From positions 121 through 64,120 of IMG/VR virus record IMGVR_UViG_3300036857_000386: a DNA stretch of 64,000 bases; one strand, 5' to 3'. This DNA is from a virus (taxonomy: Duplodnaviria; Caudoviricetes). Made by a program: the position numbers and the translations under genes. Shown one piece after another: positions 8,734 to 17,505 of the stretch (position 1 is the stretch's first letter; every line of letters begins with the position of its first letter). A model generated the notes under the pieces. The model was not told the DNA's origin. It saw only the letters and a list, made by a program, of their open reading frames with translations, and made no database searches.

Positions 8734-9008
8734 GCGATTACGTGATCCAGATCGCCGGCTATGCACAGGACATTCCCTGCCCATACGTCGGGCAGTTCCT
8801 CAAAAGCTTCACGCCGAGAGAGAAGGTGAAGGGCAGCTTTACACCCGACATCGCCAAGGCGATGCGCTTCAAGGATCAGGTCGATGCCTGGGAGATGTGG
8901 CGCACCTCGATCGGCACGCGCCCGGACGGCAAGCCCGACCGGCCGCTGACCGCGTTCTCGGTCAGCATCGTGCTGATCTCCGATTCTGAAACACAGAAGG
9001 ACCAGTGA
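8730..9008 (+). CDS. Hypothetical protein
   Basis: ATGA overlap; GGAGG RBS. Confidence 0.7.
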   Translation: MSDYVIQIAGYAQDIPCPYVGQFLKSFTPREKVKGSFTPDIAKAMRFKDQVDAWEMWRTSIGTRPDGKPDRPLTAFSVSIVLISDSETQKDQ

Positions 9009-9009
9009 A

Positions 9010-9201
9010 ATGAGCAACGGCCATTACCGCGTGCTCACCGAGAAGGGGCTGCGCTACATCCAGCATCACAGCAACGACCCCGCGGTGCTCGCCGACGTCA
9101 AGAAGGAGCTGCATCGTCGCGGCCTGCCGCTCGAAGGCAGGCTGGAGCCGAAGCCGAGGATCCCGGTCGCCGACTGGGAGAAGGAGCATTGGCTGCGCTA
9201 G
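9010..9201 (+). CDS. Hypothetical protein
   Basis: AAGGA RBS; tight packing. Confidence 0.6.
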   Translation: MSNGHYRVLTEKGLRYIQHHSNDPAVLADVKKELHRRGLPLEGRLEPKPRIPVADWEKEHWLR

Positions 9202-9223
9202 GGCCAGCCGAAGGGGGCTCACC

Positions 9224-9655
9224 ATGCCGATGAAGATCGAGCGCCTCAGGCAGGCGCTGCTCGTCGCCCTTGTCTCGGACAAGGAGGGCGAGGCGCTGGC
9301 TGCGTTGAAGGTGGTCAGGAAAATACTGGCCGGCGACGGCAAGGACGCTCACTGGCTGGCGGCGAAGCTCGTCGAGGACAACGCTGCCCCCGGCGGCATG
9401 AAGCCCGCCAGCGGGCGTTGGACGCCGCCGCATACCGGCAAGGACGACAGGTGGTGGCAGGAAGGCGCTGCCGCCAACTGGGCCGAGCAGCTCGACTTCC
9501 TCGCGCTGCACGACGACTGGCTAAGGCCACGCGAAGAGGAGTTCATCTATTCGCTGGTCAGTCAGTGGCAGGTCGGCGGCAGCGGCTGGAAGCCAACGCC
9601 CCGCCAGGGCGCGTGGCTGACCGCCATCTACTCACGCGTAAAGCTATGGGCGTGA
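9224..9655 (+). CDS. Hypothetical protein
   Basis: ORF with typical codon usage. Confidence 0.7.
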   Translation: MPMKIERLRQALLVALVSDKEGEALAALKVVRKILAGDGKDAHWLAAKLVEDNAAPGGMKPASGRWTPPHTGKDDRWWQEGAAANWAEQLDFLALHDDWLRPREEEFIYSLVSQWQVGGSGWKPTPRQGAWLTAIYSRVKLWA

Positions 9656-9676
9656 AACTTCACACAGGACGATAAG

Positions 9677-10339
9677 ATGAGACTGGGCGACATGGAGGTG
9701 GTGGGCGAACTGCCGCCGAAGCTGATGAAGGCGTGCGCTATCATAAGTTCTGCGCTGCACGCCGAATTCGACCGCACCGGCTGGATCGAGCCGGGGCATT
9801 CCAAGGTGAGCTGCGTTCTGTGCGCGCTCACCGTGCGCGATTTCCTGCGCCGCATCGGCTTCCGCCGCGCCGAGGTGCGCTCCGTCTACCTGATGATCCG
9901 CTCGTTCGCGGGCAACGAGGAGACTTGGTCGATTGGGGTGGGCGATCACGAGGCGGTGGCCAGAAACCTGCCGTGGTGGGCCGAGGGCCGCAAGAACCGC
10001 ACGTTCTCGGATGCCGACAGCAATGGCTGGGACGGTCATCTGGTGGCGTGGGAGCCCGACAGCAACACAATCATCGACACCACCGTCTACCAGGCGATCC
10101 GGCCGCAGTGGAGCGAGTTCCCCGGCATGCTGGCCATCGAGCTGGCCAAGACCGAGCCGATCTACGGGCACCGCGTGCTGGCGGGGCTGACCGGCGAGCA
10201 GGACGACGGCACCGAGGTGCACGCATTCTGGCTCGATCAGAACAGCAACGACGGCTGGAGATCAGCGCCCGACCGCGAGCACGAGCGGCGGCTCAAGACG
10301 GTGAAGCGATTGGTGGAAAGGTTCGGAAAATGGCGGTGA
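9677..10339 (+). CDS. Hypothetical protein, possibly transglutaminase-like (Cys...His...Asp)
   Basis: SCVLCA, GHLV and IIDTT fall in the order of a papain-like triad; weak. Confidence 0.6.
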   Translation: MRLGDMEVVGELPPKLMKACAIISSALHAEFDRTGWIEPGHSKVSCVLCALTVRDFLRRIGFRRAEVRSVYLMIRSFAGNEETWSIGVGDHEAVARNLPWWAEGRKNRTFSDADSNGWDGHLVAWEPDSNTIIDTTVYQAIRPQWSEFPGMLAIELAKTEPIYGHRVLAGLTGEQDDGTEVHAFWLDQNSNDGWRSAPDREHERRLKTVKRLVERFGKWR

Positions 10340-10581
10340 GGGTATTCTATCCCGACAAGGAACTGGAGAAGTGGGAGGCCGGCCCCTACACGCTGACGCT
10401 ACAGCGCGGCGGCCGCCTGCAAGACGAGCCTCTCCTCTACAACGTCGTCGTGAGGCGCGGCTTCGCGTGGATCGATTCGAAGAGCTACGTCGATCTCGAC
10501 AAGGCGCGTCGTAATTTCGAGATCTGCAAGGAAGAGATCGTGCTGGCCATCGCCAGGGAGGCGATGGGCCTGCTGCTTTGA
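10330..10581 (+). CDS. Hypothetical protein
   Basis: Overlaps the upstream stop. Confidence 0.6.
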   Translation: MAVRVFYPDKELEKWEAGPYTLTLQRGGRLQDEPLLYNVVVRRGFAWIDSKSYVDLDKARRNFEICKEEIVLAIAREAMGLLL

Positions 10582-10594
10582 AGGAAGAAAGGAA

Positions 10595-10744
10595 ATGACG
10601 TTCTACACCAAGTGCCCGATCTGCGGGCTCATCAACAACACCTATGCCGGCGTCGTGCCGATCAAGATCGACGGCGCCAAGCGCTTCATGTGCGTCGCCC
10701 ACAAGGCACCGCCGCCGCCTCCCGTCAAGGAAGCCGCAGAATAG
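10595..10744 (+). CDS. 49-aa Zn-finger-like protein
   Basis: CPIC...CVAH; AAGGA RBS. Confidence 0.55.
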   Translation: MTFYTKCPICGLINNTYAGVVPIKIDGAKRFMCVAHKAPPPPPVKEAAE

Positions 10745-10930
10745 CTAGCGTTGCTTGTCTTTCAGCTCCGCCTCGCGGCGCTGCAGCTCCGTCTCTACCG
10801 CCCTGCGGATGAAGGCGGAGCGCACCTCTCCTCCATAGAGAACGCGGTCTATGCGCTCTCCCGTGCCACGGGTGAGTCGGGCGTTGACGATCTCGTCCTT
10901 GAGCACTGCGGATTCCATAAGTTTCATCAT
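10745..10930 (-). CDS. Ribbon-helix-helix (CopG/Arc-like) regulator
   Basis: VNARL strand followed by two helices ending RSAFIRRAVETEL. Confidence 0.65.
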   Translation of the reverse strand: MMKLMESAVLKDEIVNARLTRGTGERIDRVLYGGEVRSAFIRRAVETELQRREAELKDKQR

Positions 10931-10937
10931 AGCTAAA

Positions 10938-10984
10938 ATTATCTAGCGGTACCCCTTGCACACGTCAATATCGTAGTATATGTA
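10938..10984. promoter_or_regulatory. Overlapping divergent sigma70-type promoters
   Basis: Minus TTGACG(10968-10963)-N17-TAGATA just before the RHH ATG; plus TTGCAC(10956-10961) with TATATG/TATGTA. Confidence 0.5.
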
Positions 10985-11115
10985 GGCAACGTGGCATGTG
11001 TCATGTGCTGAGAGCAACAGGTGTTTGTTGCTGTCAGGGCATGACGCCCAACCGTGAAGCCAGACAGTCCTCTCGGACGAATCCTCTGGCGCGGGTAAAA
11101 AGAAGGAAGTTGGAG

Positions 11116-12162
11116 ATGAGTTTCTCCGAAAACAGTGCAGAGCATGCCAGTTCAGCATCCGCCGAGGCGGTTGCCGCTGGTTCCACCTGGGAACCGAGGT
11201 TCCCATTCGACCACGAGAAGCCGAACACCAAGAAGTTCGACGACCTCGTGGACGCCTACGACGCATATAACGCGGTACATCAGCCCGAAGGGCCGGTGCC
11301 GTTGAGCGATGGCTGGCACGTGATTACGCCGGTCATGGCCGAGGAGCTGTTGCGTCGCAATCCTCCCGGTGCCAACCGCAAGGCGTCGCTGGCCACAATC
11401 CAGTATTACGCCATGCAGATGAAGAGCGGCGCCTGGCCAAAGACCGGCCAGCCGTTGATCTTCTCCGAGAACGGCATGCTCATCGACGGTCAACACCGTC
11501 TGTGGGGTTGTCTGTTCTCAGGGGTGCCGTTCACGACCTACGTCGTGACAGGTGTGCCGGAATACCCGGAGTTGTTTGCCTACATCGACAATTGTCGTCC
11601 CCGCTCGCCGGCTGCTGCTCTGCAGACCGCCGGCTTCAACGGGGTGTCGACGCTGATCTCGCAGATCATCAAGATCAAGAACGAGATCGGTGGCTACACG
11701 CCATCGGCCAAGACCAAGATGCCCCGGCTCACCCCGGTTGAGATGGTCCAGCTGGCAAAGGGTCTCCCCAATGCTCAGCAGGCTGCCCATCTCGCTAGTG
11801 GCGACTGGGACGATGCGGTCACCGCCGTCGGCTATAAGGATGTCGTTGCCTATCTCGGCATGGACATCCTCGACAACTACGATCAGGCGATCGCCGACGA
11901 CTTCTTCGATGCCGTCGGTGCGCCGGTCGATGCGGATACCCCGGAGCCGATCAGCAAGTTCCGCAAGCTGATGCACGACGACATGCGCAAGGATAAGCGC
12001 ATGAAGCGGCATCAGGTGCTGGGCAATCTGATCAAGGTTTTCAATGCTTGGCTGCAGGACGAAGAACTGCCCAAGCGCTGGACCATGTCGGTCGACGAGG
12101 ACTTCCCGTCGCTGCTCGTGCTGGAGACTGACGACAGCGTCGCTACACCCGACGCTGTCTAA
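11116..12162 (+). CDS. ParB/Srx-like N-terminal domain protein
   Basis: ITP..A..LL..N...NR, G.W, LIDGQHRL. Confidence 0.75.
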   Translation: MSFSENSAEHASSASAEAVAAGSTWEPRFPFDHEKPNTKKFDDLVDAYDAYNAVHQPEGPVPLSDGWHVITPVMAEELLRRNPPGANRKASLATIQYYAMQMKSGAWPKTGQPLIFSENGMLIDGQHRLWGCLFSGVPFTTYVVTGVPEYPELFAYIDNCRPRSPAAALQTAGFNGVSTLISQIIKIKNEIGGYTPSAKTKMPRLTPVEMVQLAKGLPNAQQAAHLASGDWDDAVTAVGYKDVVAYLGMDILDNYDQAIADDFFDAVGAPVDADTPEPISKFRKLMHDDMRKDKRMKRHQVLGNLIKVFNAWLQDEELPKRWTMSVDEDFPSLLVLETDDSVATPDAV

Positions 12163-12185
12163 GTCACCGAACCTTGTGAGCGTGG

Positions 12186-12211
12186 AGGGGTGGCCGAGAG
12201 GCTGCCCCTCT
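12186..12211 (+). terminator. GC-rich hairpin with GAGA tetraloop between the ParB-like genes
   Basis: GAGGGGTGGCC-GAGA-GGCTGCCCCTC; weak U tract. Confidence 0.45.
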
Positions 12212-12246
12212 GCTTCCTGCACATCCCGAACATAGGAAATAGGGAA

Positions 12247-13188
12247 ATGAAATTCCATCCATTCGCAGAAGTCTGGCCGCTGCTTGAAGGGCCGAAATTC
12301 GACAAGCTCGTCGCCGACATCAAGGCGCACGGGCTGCACTACCCGATCACCACCTACCAGGGAATGATCATCGACGGTCGCAATCGCTTCCGTGCTTGTA
12401 TCGAGGCTGGCATCAAGCCGCGTTTCGAGCAGTCGAAGGCGAAGAACGACCATGATGCGCTGGTGCTCAGCGCATCGCTGAACGAGCATCGCCGGCATCT
12501 TTCCGAAGCAGAACTGGCTTTCGTCGCCAGTAAACTTGCGAACTTGGAAAGCGGTTACAACGCACGTTATTCTAATGCGGCTATATCTAAAGATAGAGCC
12601 GCCCCGGAAAACAACGTCATCTCTATTGAAGAGGCCGCAAAAGCTGTTGGCGTTAGCGCCATCAGCGTTCATCGTGCTCGTGCGGTGCAGAAGCATGCCC
12701 CGGAATTGGAGAAGGAAGTGAAAGCTAAGAAGCTTTCTCTGACTGCTGCAGCTGCGGAAGCCACCGCCCGCAAGCGGGCAAAGACTGTCGCCAAGAAGAC
12801 CGTTGCTGAGATCAAGGAAGCTCAGGCCAAGGAGCGTGCCGCCAAGCCGCTGCGTGCGCCGCTGACCAAGCGGGACGTCGATCCCGAGTTCCACGGCACT
12901 GACCACCAGTTCGTGACTGAGTACGGCCACGTCTGGACACAGACCAGCCAGGAGCGCTCGACAGCGCGCTTCATGGCGTGGTCGATCGCCATGGGTTTTC
13001 TGGTCAAGACCATGAAGGGCCAGAAGCTGCCTAAGGTCAACGATGTCGTCGTGTCGTGGCTGCGCAAGCCCAAGCAGGTCGACATCGAGCGCATGGAGGC
13101 AGCATTGGCCGAGCTTGAGGAAGCGGTCGCCATCGCCCGCCGCCTGCTCGACCGGGCCAAGGACGTTCAGGCTGCCAAGGTTGCCTGA
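12247..13188 (+). CDS. ParB N-terminal domain and HTH protein
   Basis: FHPFA...LVADIKAHGL..PI...IIDGRNRFRAC; HTH AAKAVGVS. Confidence 0.8.
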   Translation: MKFHPFAEVWPLLEGPKFDKLVADIKAHGLHYPITTYQGMIIDGRNRFRACIEAGIKPRFEQSKAKNDHDALVLSASLNEHRRHLSEAELAFVASKLANLESGYNARYSNAAISKDRAAPENNVISIEEAAKAVGVSAISVHRARAVQKHAPELEKEVKAKKLSLTAAAAEATARKRAKTVAKKTVAEIKEAQAKERAAKPLRAPLTKRDVDPEFHGTDHQFVTEYGHVWTQTSQERSTARFMAWSIAMGFLVKTMKGQKLPKVNDVVVSWLRKPKQVDIERMEAALAELEEAVAIARRLLDRAKDVQAAKVA

Positions 13189-13382
13189 TGCATTAGGGGG
13201 ATGTCATTTTGAGGGCGAGCGGCCAGCCCGACAACGGAAAGTCAGCCTCCCCGTCCCCCGCTCCGTCTCCAGGCGGAGTTGTACGTAGGGGTCAAGGCTA
13301 TGACGCGGCCAGGAAAATGCATGTGGTGTTTAAGGTTCATCAAGATCCTTCCACCCCGAGTTCGCAATGGTGGAGGGCAACT

Positions 13383-13410
13383 GGGGGAGCGTTGGCGCTC
13401 CCCCTCTTTT
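13383..13410 (+). terminator. Rho-independent terminator
   Basis: GGGGGAGCG-TTGG-CGCTCCCCC-TCTTTT. Confidence 0.8.
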
Positions 13411-13427
13411 CCTGTAACACAAGTGAC

Positions 13428-13925
13428 ATGACAAACCTGAAATGTCCATTCTGCGAGCGGCCGCACCGCCGCATGTTTCGCGAGATCGTCGGGCATATCG
13501 ACGAGCGCGCGTTGCTGACCATCTGTCCCAACTGCGGCGAACCGCTGATCGTCGAGCGCGACGTCGGGTTCCGCAAGCCGACGCCAGAGGAATACATGCG
13601 CATGGTCGACGATCCGCGCGTCGACTTCGCGCGGGTCGCCTTCCTGAAGAACCGGCAGGACGAGCCGGTCGTCACCAAGATGTGGCGCATCTATTCCGAA
13701 GAGCGCCTCGGGCCGTCGCTGAAGGATGAGGTGGTCAGTGGCGAGACGCTCTACATCGCCTTTCAGGACGTGTTCTTTTCCGCCTGCGCCATGCTGATGG
13801 CCAGGTTTCAGCAGTACAGCAAGATGACCGACGAGGAGTTCCATAACGAGCTGGACCTCATCGAGGCCGAGCTAAACGCCTATGCCGCCTACACAACATC
13901 CGAGAAGAAGAGGGTTACCAGATGA
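13428..13925 (+). CDS. Zn-ribbon protein
   Basis: CPFC...CPNC. Confidence 0.65.
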   Translation: MTNLKCPFCERPHRRMFREIVGHIDERALLTICPNCGEPLIVERDVGFRKPTPEEYMRMVDDPRVDFARVAFLKNRQDEPVVTKMWRIYSEERLGPSLKDEVVSGETLYIAFQDVFFSACAMLMARFQQYSKMTDEEFHNELDLIEAELNAYAAYTTSEKKRVTR

Positions 13926-14254
13926 ACGCGCTTACCGATTTCGAGAAGGACCTCGGCGCCGAGCTGAGCAAGGACTTCCCCGACGCCAAGCTCAAGCACG
14001 AGCCAATGCCGCTCAAGACCACCGCGCCGGCCAAGCTCGACAACGACGCCGAGCGCTACCTCGCCCACCTCGATACGCTGATCCACGGCCTGCGCAGGCG
14101 CATGATGGATGCCGAGACCGAGCACCTGAGGGAGCGCAGCGCGGTGATGCAGGCGACCGTCGACAAGGTCAAGGCCATGGACCGCGAGCACAATGAGCGG
14201 CTCGGCCGTCTGCGCGGCATGCTGGCCAAGCTTGAGGCGGCCAAGGACGCATGA
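13922..14254 (+). CDS. Coiled-coil hypothetical protein
   Basis: ATGA overlap. Confidence 0.65.
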   Translation: MNALTDFEKDLGAELSKDFPDAKLKHEPMPLKTTAPAKLDNDAERYLAHLDTLIHGLRRRMMDAETEHLRERSAVMQATVDKVKAMDREHNERLGRLRGMLAKLEAAKDA

Positions 14255-14334
14255 TCTCGTTCTACTGGGATCTAGTGCTCGGCTGGGCGCTGCTGGTCAT
14301 GCTCGCCGGGCTGGTGGTGTGGTGGAGCATATGA
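14251..14334 (+). CDS. 27-aa single-TM peptide
   Basis: MISFYWDLVLGWALLVMLAGLVVWWSI; ATGA overlaps on both sides. Confidence 0.55.
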   Translation: MISFYWDLVLGWALLVMLAGLVVWWSI

Positions 14335-14663
14335 GCGACAACAAGAGCCTCGAAGAGCGCATCAAGGCCGGTCACCGCCACGAGGTGACCTTCATGGACA
14401 AGGGGCTCTATTTGTCGTTCGACGCCAGGTTCGTGCCGTCCATGGAGACCGGCAGGCTGGAGCCTTTCCGCGGCTGGATCGTCGAATACTGGGACGGCCC
14501 GACCAAGTTGCGCGAGTATCTGTTCGACGACCTCGACGAGGCGCTGACCGAGTGGAACGCGCAGCTGGAGAAGCACGCTCACGCGATTGCTGTGAAGGCG
14601 CTCGGGCTGAAGCTGGATACGGTGAAAATGATCGCCCCGCCGAAGTTCGATAAGGAGCCGTAG
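14331..14663 (+). CDS. Hypothetical protein
   Basis: GGAG RBS; ATGA overlap. Confidence 0.65.
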   Translation: MSDNKSLEERIKAGHRHEVTFMDKGLYLSFDARFVPSMETGRLEPFRGWIVEYWDGPTKLREYLFDDLDEALTEWNAQLEKHAHAIAVKALGLKLDTVKMIAPPKFDKEP

Positions 14664-14708
14664 CGTGTTATGTTCGCGCCGTCCTAAACTTCACCGGAGG
14701 AACTGAAC

Positions 14709-15188
14709 ATGTCTGACCAAGCAGCCACCGCCCCCGTGGTCTGGGAGCCGCCGGACGGCGACGAGGAGTTCGTGTTCGAGGACATCGGCTCGGCGCCCGG
14801 ATGGGTCGACAAGGGCTGGGCGTCCTACAACCAGGGTCCTGCGCTGGCGCTGCCGGCTGGCGACGTCTACGGCTCGCCGCCCTACACTACGATCACGGCG
14901 CGCGTCGGCGACACCGTGAAGTATGTCGCCCCGACGCCGTCGCGTCCCGGCCATTTCGAGGTGATCCCCGGCGAGCCGGTTGGCGAGGCCGCCACCAAGA
15001 AGCCGCCGCAGCAGTCCGCCGCATCGCTTGAGGACATGCTCAAGACGGGTGTGATGACGCCCGACGATCTCGGCCCCGACGCCAAGGCGCAGGTGACGGC
15101 GCGCTCGCCGCAGCTCAAGGGTCTCGTCGAGGAAGGCAAGGCCGCGCCCGACCCGATCCCGGTCTCCGATCTGGTCAAGACCAGCTGA
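14709..15188 (+). CDS. Hypothetical protein (similar to the C-terminus of 62191-62853)
   Basis: GGAGG RBS; APGWVDKGW...ARVGDTV. Confidence 0.75.
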   Translation: MSDQAATAPVVWEPPDGDEEFVFEDIGSAPGWVDKGWASYNQGPALALPAGDVYGSPPYTTITARVGDTVKYVAPTPSRPGHFEVIPGEPVGEAATKKPPQQSAASLEDMLKTGVMTPDDLGPDAKAQVTARSPQLKGLVEEGKAAPDPIPVSDLVKTS

Positions 15189-15259
15189 GCACTATCATTT
15201 GCGTTACGCGGGATTTTCGGTTTTTTCAAAAATTCGGAAATCCCGCTTTTTCAAGGGCA

Positions 15260-15410
15260 AAGAAAAACCCCGGCAGGGGGTGTGGGGGGATGCGCCGGGG
15301 TTTTCTCTCTTGCGTGCGGATCAGGGTGGCAACACCGAGAAGCCTTGTTGTCACCGAGGGAACACGATGCGCCACCCTGATATCGGTGGTAGCAAGCGCC
15401 ACCGATATCG
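15260..15410 (-). ncRNA. Candidate three-hairpin small RNA ending in a terminator
   Basis: Stems 15379-15389/15399-15409 and 15320-15330/15371-15381; terminator stem 15264-15274/15294-15304 with U-run; C-rich loop on the minus strand. Confidence 0.45.
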
Positions 15411-15452
15411 CGTAACATAATTGAAACCCTGTAAAAAACAAGTGACCAAGAA

Positions 15453-17333
15453 ATGCAGCTGGTTTGGGCAGACTTCGAGACGTTCTGGGCCGACGACTTT
15501 TCACTCAGGAAAATCACACCGATCGAATATGTAAGCTCGCCCCGCTTCGAGGCGCTGGGCTGTGCCTTCGTCAGCGAAGACAGCGCCGAGTGGGTGGATG
15601 GCCCCGATCTGCCGGATTACTTCGCCGGCATCGACTGGAGCGAGCGTTTCGTCGTTTCCCACAATGCGCTGTTCGACGCCACCGTGCTGGCGGTGCGCTA
15701 CGGCGTCGTGCCGGGCTGGTACGGCTGCACCTTGTCGATGGCGCGCAACTGGCTGTCGCACCAGTTGAAATCGTTGTCGCTCGACAGCGTCTCAAAGTTC
15801 TACGGCCTGCCGCCGAAGATGGACACGGTTCTGAAGACGAAAGGCGTCAACTTCCAGCAGCTCAGAAACACGCCCTCCCTCCACGAAGAGGTGAAGACCT
15901 ATGCGATCGACGACGCCAATAAGTGCCGGACGATCTTCACCAACATGCTGAAAGAAGGCTTTCCGCAGGGCGAGCTGGAGACCATCGACATGGTTATCCG
16001 CATGGCGACCCAGCCGAAGTTCGAGCTGGACGGCAATGTGCTCGCCGAGCACCTCGCGAAAGTAAAGTCGGACAAGCAGGGCCTGCTCGATGCCGCCAGC
16101 CTCGATCGCGAGAACCTCAGCTCGATCATGAGCGACCAGCAGCTGGCCGCCAAGCTGCTGTTCCTCGGCGTGCAGCCGCCCACCAAGATCTCCAGGACGA
16201 CGGGCAAGGAGGCCTTCGCCTTCGCCAAGACCGACAAGGAATTCACAGCGCTGCTGGAGCATCCCAAGCCGATGGTGCAGGCGCTGGTCGCCGCCAGGCT
16301 CGGGCACAAATCAACGCTGGAGGAAACGCGCACCGAGCGGCTGCTGTCGATCAGCAGAAGCGTCGAGCAGATGCCGGTGCCGCTCAAATATTCCGGCGCG
16401 CATACACACAGGTTCAGCGGCGACTGGAAGATCAACTTGCAGAATTTGGTTCGCGGCTCCGAGATCCGCCGCGCCTTCAAGGCGCCGCGCGACCACGTCG
16501 TCGTGTCCGTCGACGCCAGCCAGATCGAGGCGCGCTTCAACGCCACGGTCGCCGGCCAGACCGACCTGATGGAGGCATTCCGCCAGGGGCGCGACGTCTA
16601 CGCGGAATTCGCGCAGGACATCTACGGCTACGAGATTACCAAGGAGACGTTCCCCGATGAGCGCTTCGTCGGCAAGACCGGGATTCTTTCCCTTGGCTAC
16701 GGCAGCTCGTGGCCGGTGTTCCAGAACATGTGCCGCGTCAAGGGCGGCGTGACGCTGCCCGATGGTGCGGCCGCGCAGGTCGTCACCGTCTATCGCGCCC
16801 GCTACCACATGATCCAGGAGCTGTGGAAAACCGCGCACCAGTCGATCATCCCGAGGCTGGCAAGCTCCCGGCAGACCGACTTCGCCGAGCTGCTGCCGCC
16901 GGGGCAGAGCGATGGCTGGAACATGTGGGGGCCGGCGCAGGTGCTGGCCAATGCCCTGCTGCTGCCCAACGGCAACCGGCTTCGCTATATGAACCTCAGG
17001 GCCGAGAACCACGACGGCCAGTGGAACTGGCTCTACGAGCGCAGTGAGCAGACCTTCAAGCTGTACGGCGCCAAGCTGGTGGAGAACCTGATCCAGGCGC
17101 TCGCCTTCGTGCACATCATGGAGGTGGCGCTGCGCGTCAAGCACCTCACCAACGGCATGCTGATGCCGGCCCATCAGGTCCATGACGAGCTGATCTACGT
17201 GGTGCATGCCGGCATCGCCGGGATGGTCCGCGACCTGGTGGTCAAGGAGATGTCGACGCCGCCGTCGTGGCTTCCCAAGGCGCCGCTCGCGGCCGAGGGG
17301 CATATCGGCGAGAGCTATGGAAACGTTAAATGA
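15453..17333 (+). CDS. polA: DNA polymerase family A with 3'-5' exonuclease
   Basis: DFET and HNALFD exonuclease motifs; NLQN, DASQIEAR, KTGILSLGYG, VHDE. Confidence 0.95.
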   Translation: MQLVWADFETFWADDFSLRKITPIEYVSSPRFEALGCAFVSEDSAEWVDGPDLPDYFAGIDWSERFVVSHNALFDATVLAVRYGVVPGWYGCTLSMARNWLSHQLKSLSLDSVSKFYGLPPKMDTVLKTKGVNFQQLRNTPSLHEEVKTYAIDDANKCRTIFTNMLKEGFPQGELETIDMVIRMATQPKFELDGNVLAEHLAKVKSDKQGLLDAASLDRENLSSIMSDQQLAAKLLFLGVQPPTKISRTTGKEAFAFAKTDKEFTALLEHPKPMVQALVAARLGHKSTLEETRTERLLSISRSVEQMPVPLKYSGAHTHRFSGDWKINLQNLVRGSEIRRAFKAPRDHVVVSVDASQIEARFNATVAGQTDLMEAFRQGRDVYAEFAQDIYGYEITKETFPDERFVGKTGILSLGYGSSWPVFQNMCRVKGGVTLPDGAAAQVVTVYRARYHMIQELWKTAHQSIIPRLASSRQTDFAELLPPGQSDGWNMWGPAQVLANALLLPNGNRLRYMNLRAENHDGQWNWLYERSEQTFKLYGAKLVENLIQALAFVHIMEVALRVKHLTNGMLMPAHQVHDELIYVVHAGIAGMVRDLVVKEMSTPPSWLPKAPLAAEGHIGESYGNVK

Positions 17334-17505
17334 GTTCAGCTCCCGGAATTGGTCCACGAGCACAGCCGGGGCGGCAACGGGTGCGCGGGTTGTTCCCGCA
17401 ACAAGGTCAGGTTCGGGTCCGGGAGCGGTCGCGCGATCGACCAACATTTCCCCGCGAAGCCTGGCAAGCCGTCATCAATCATCCATCTAGAAGCGGGGAT
17501 CCCCA

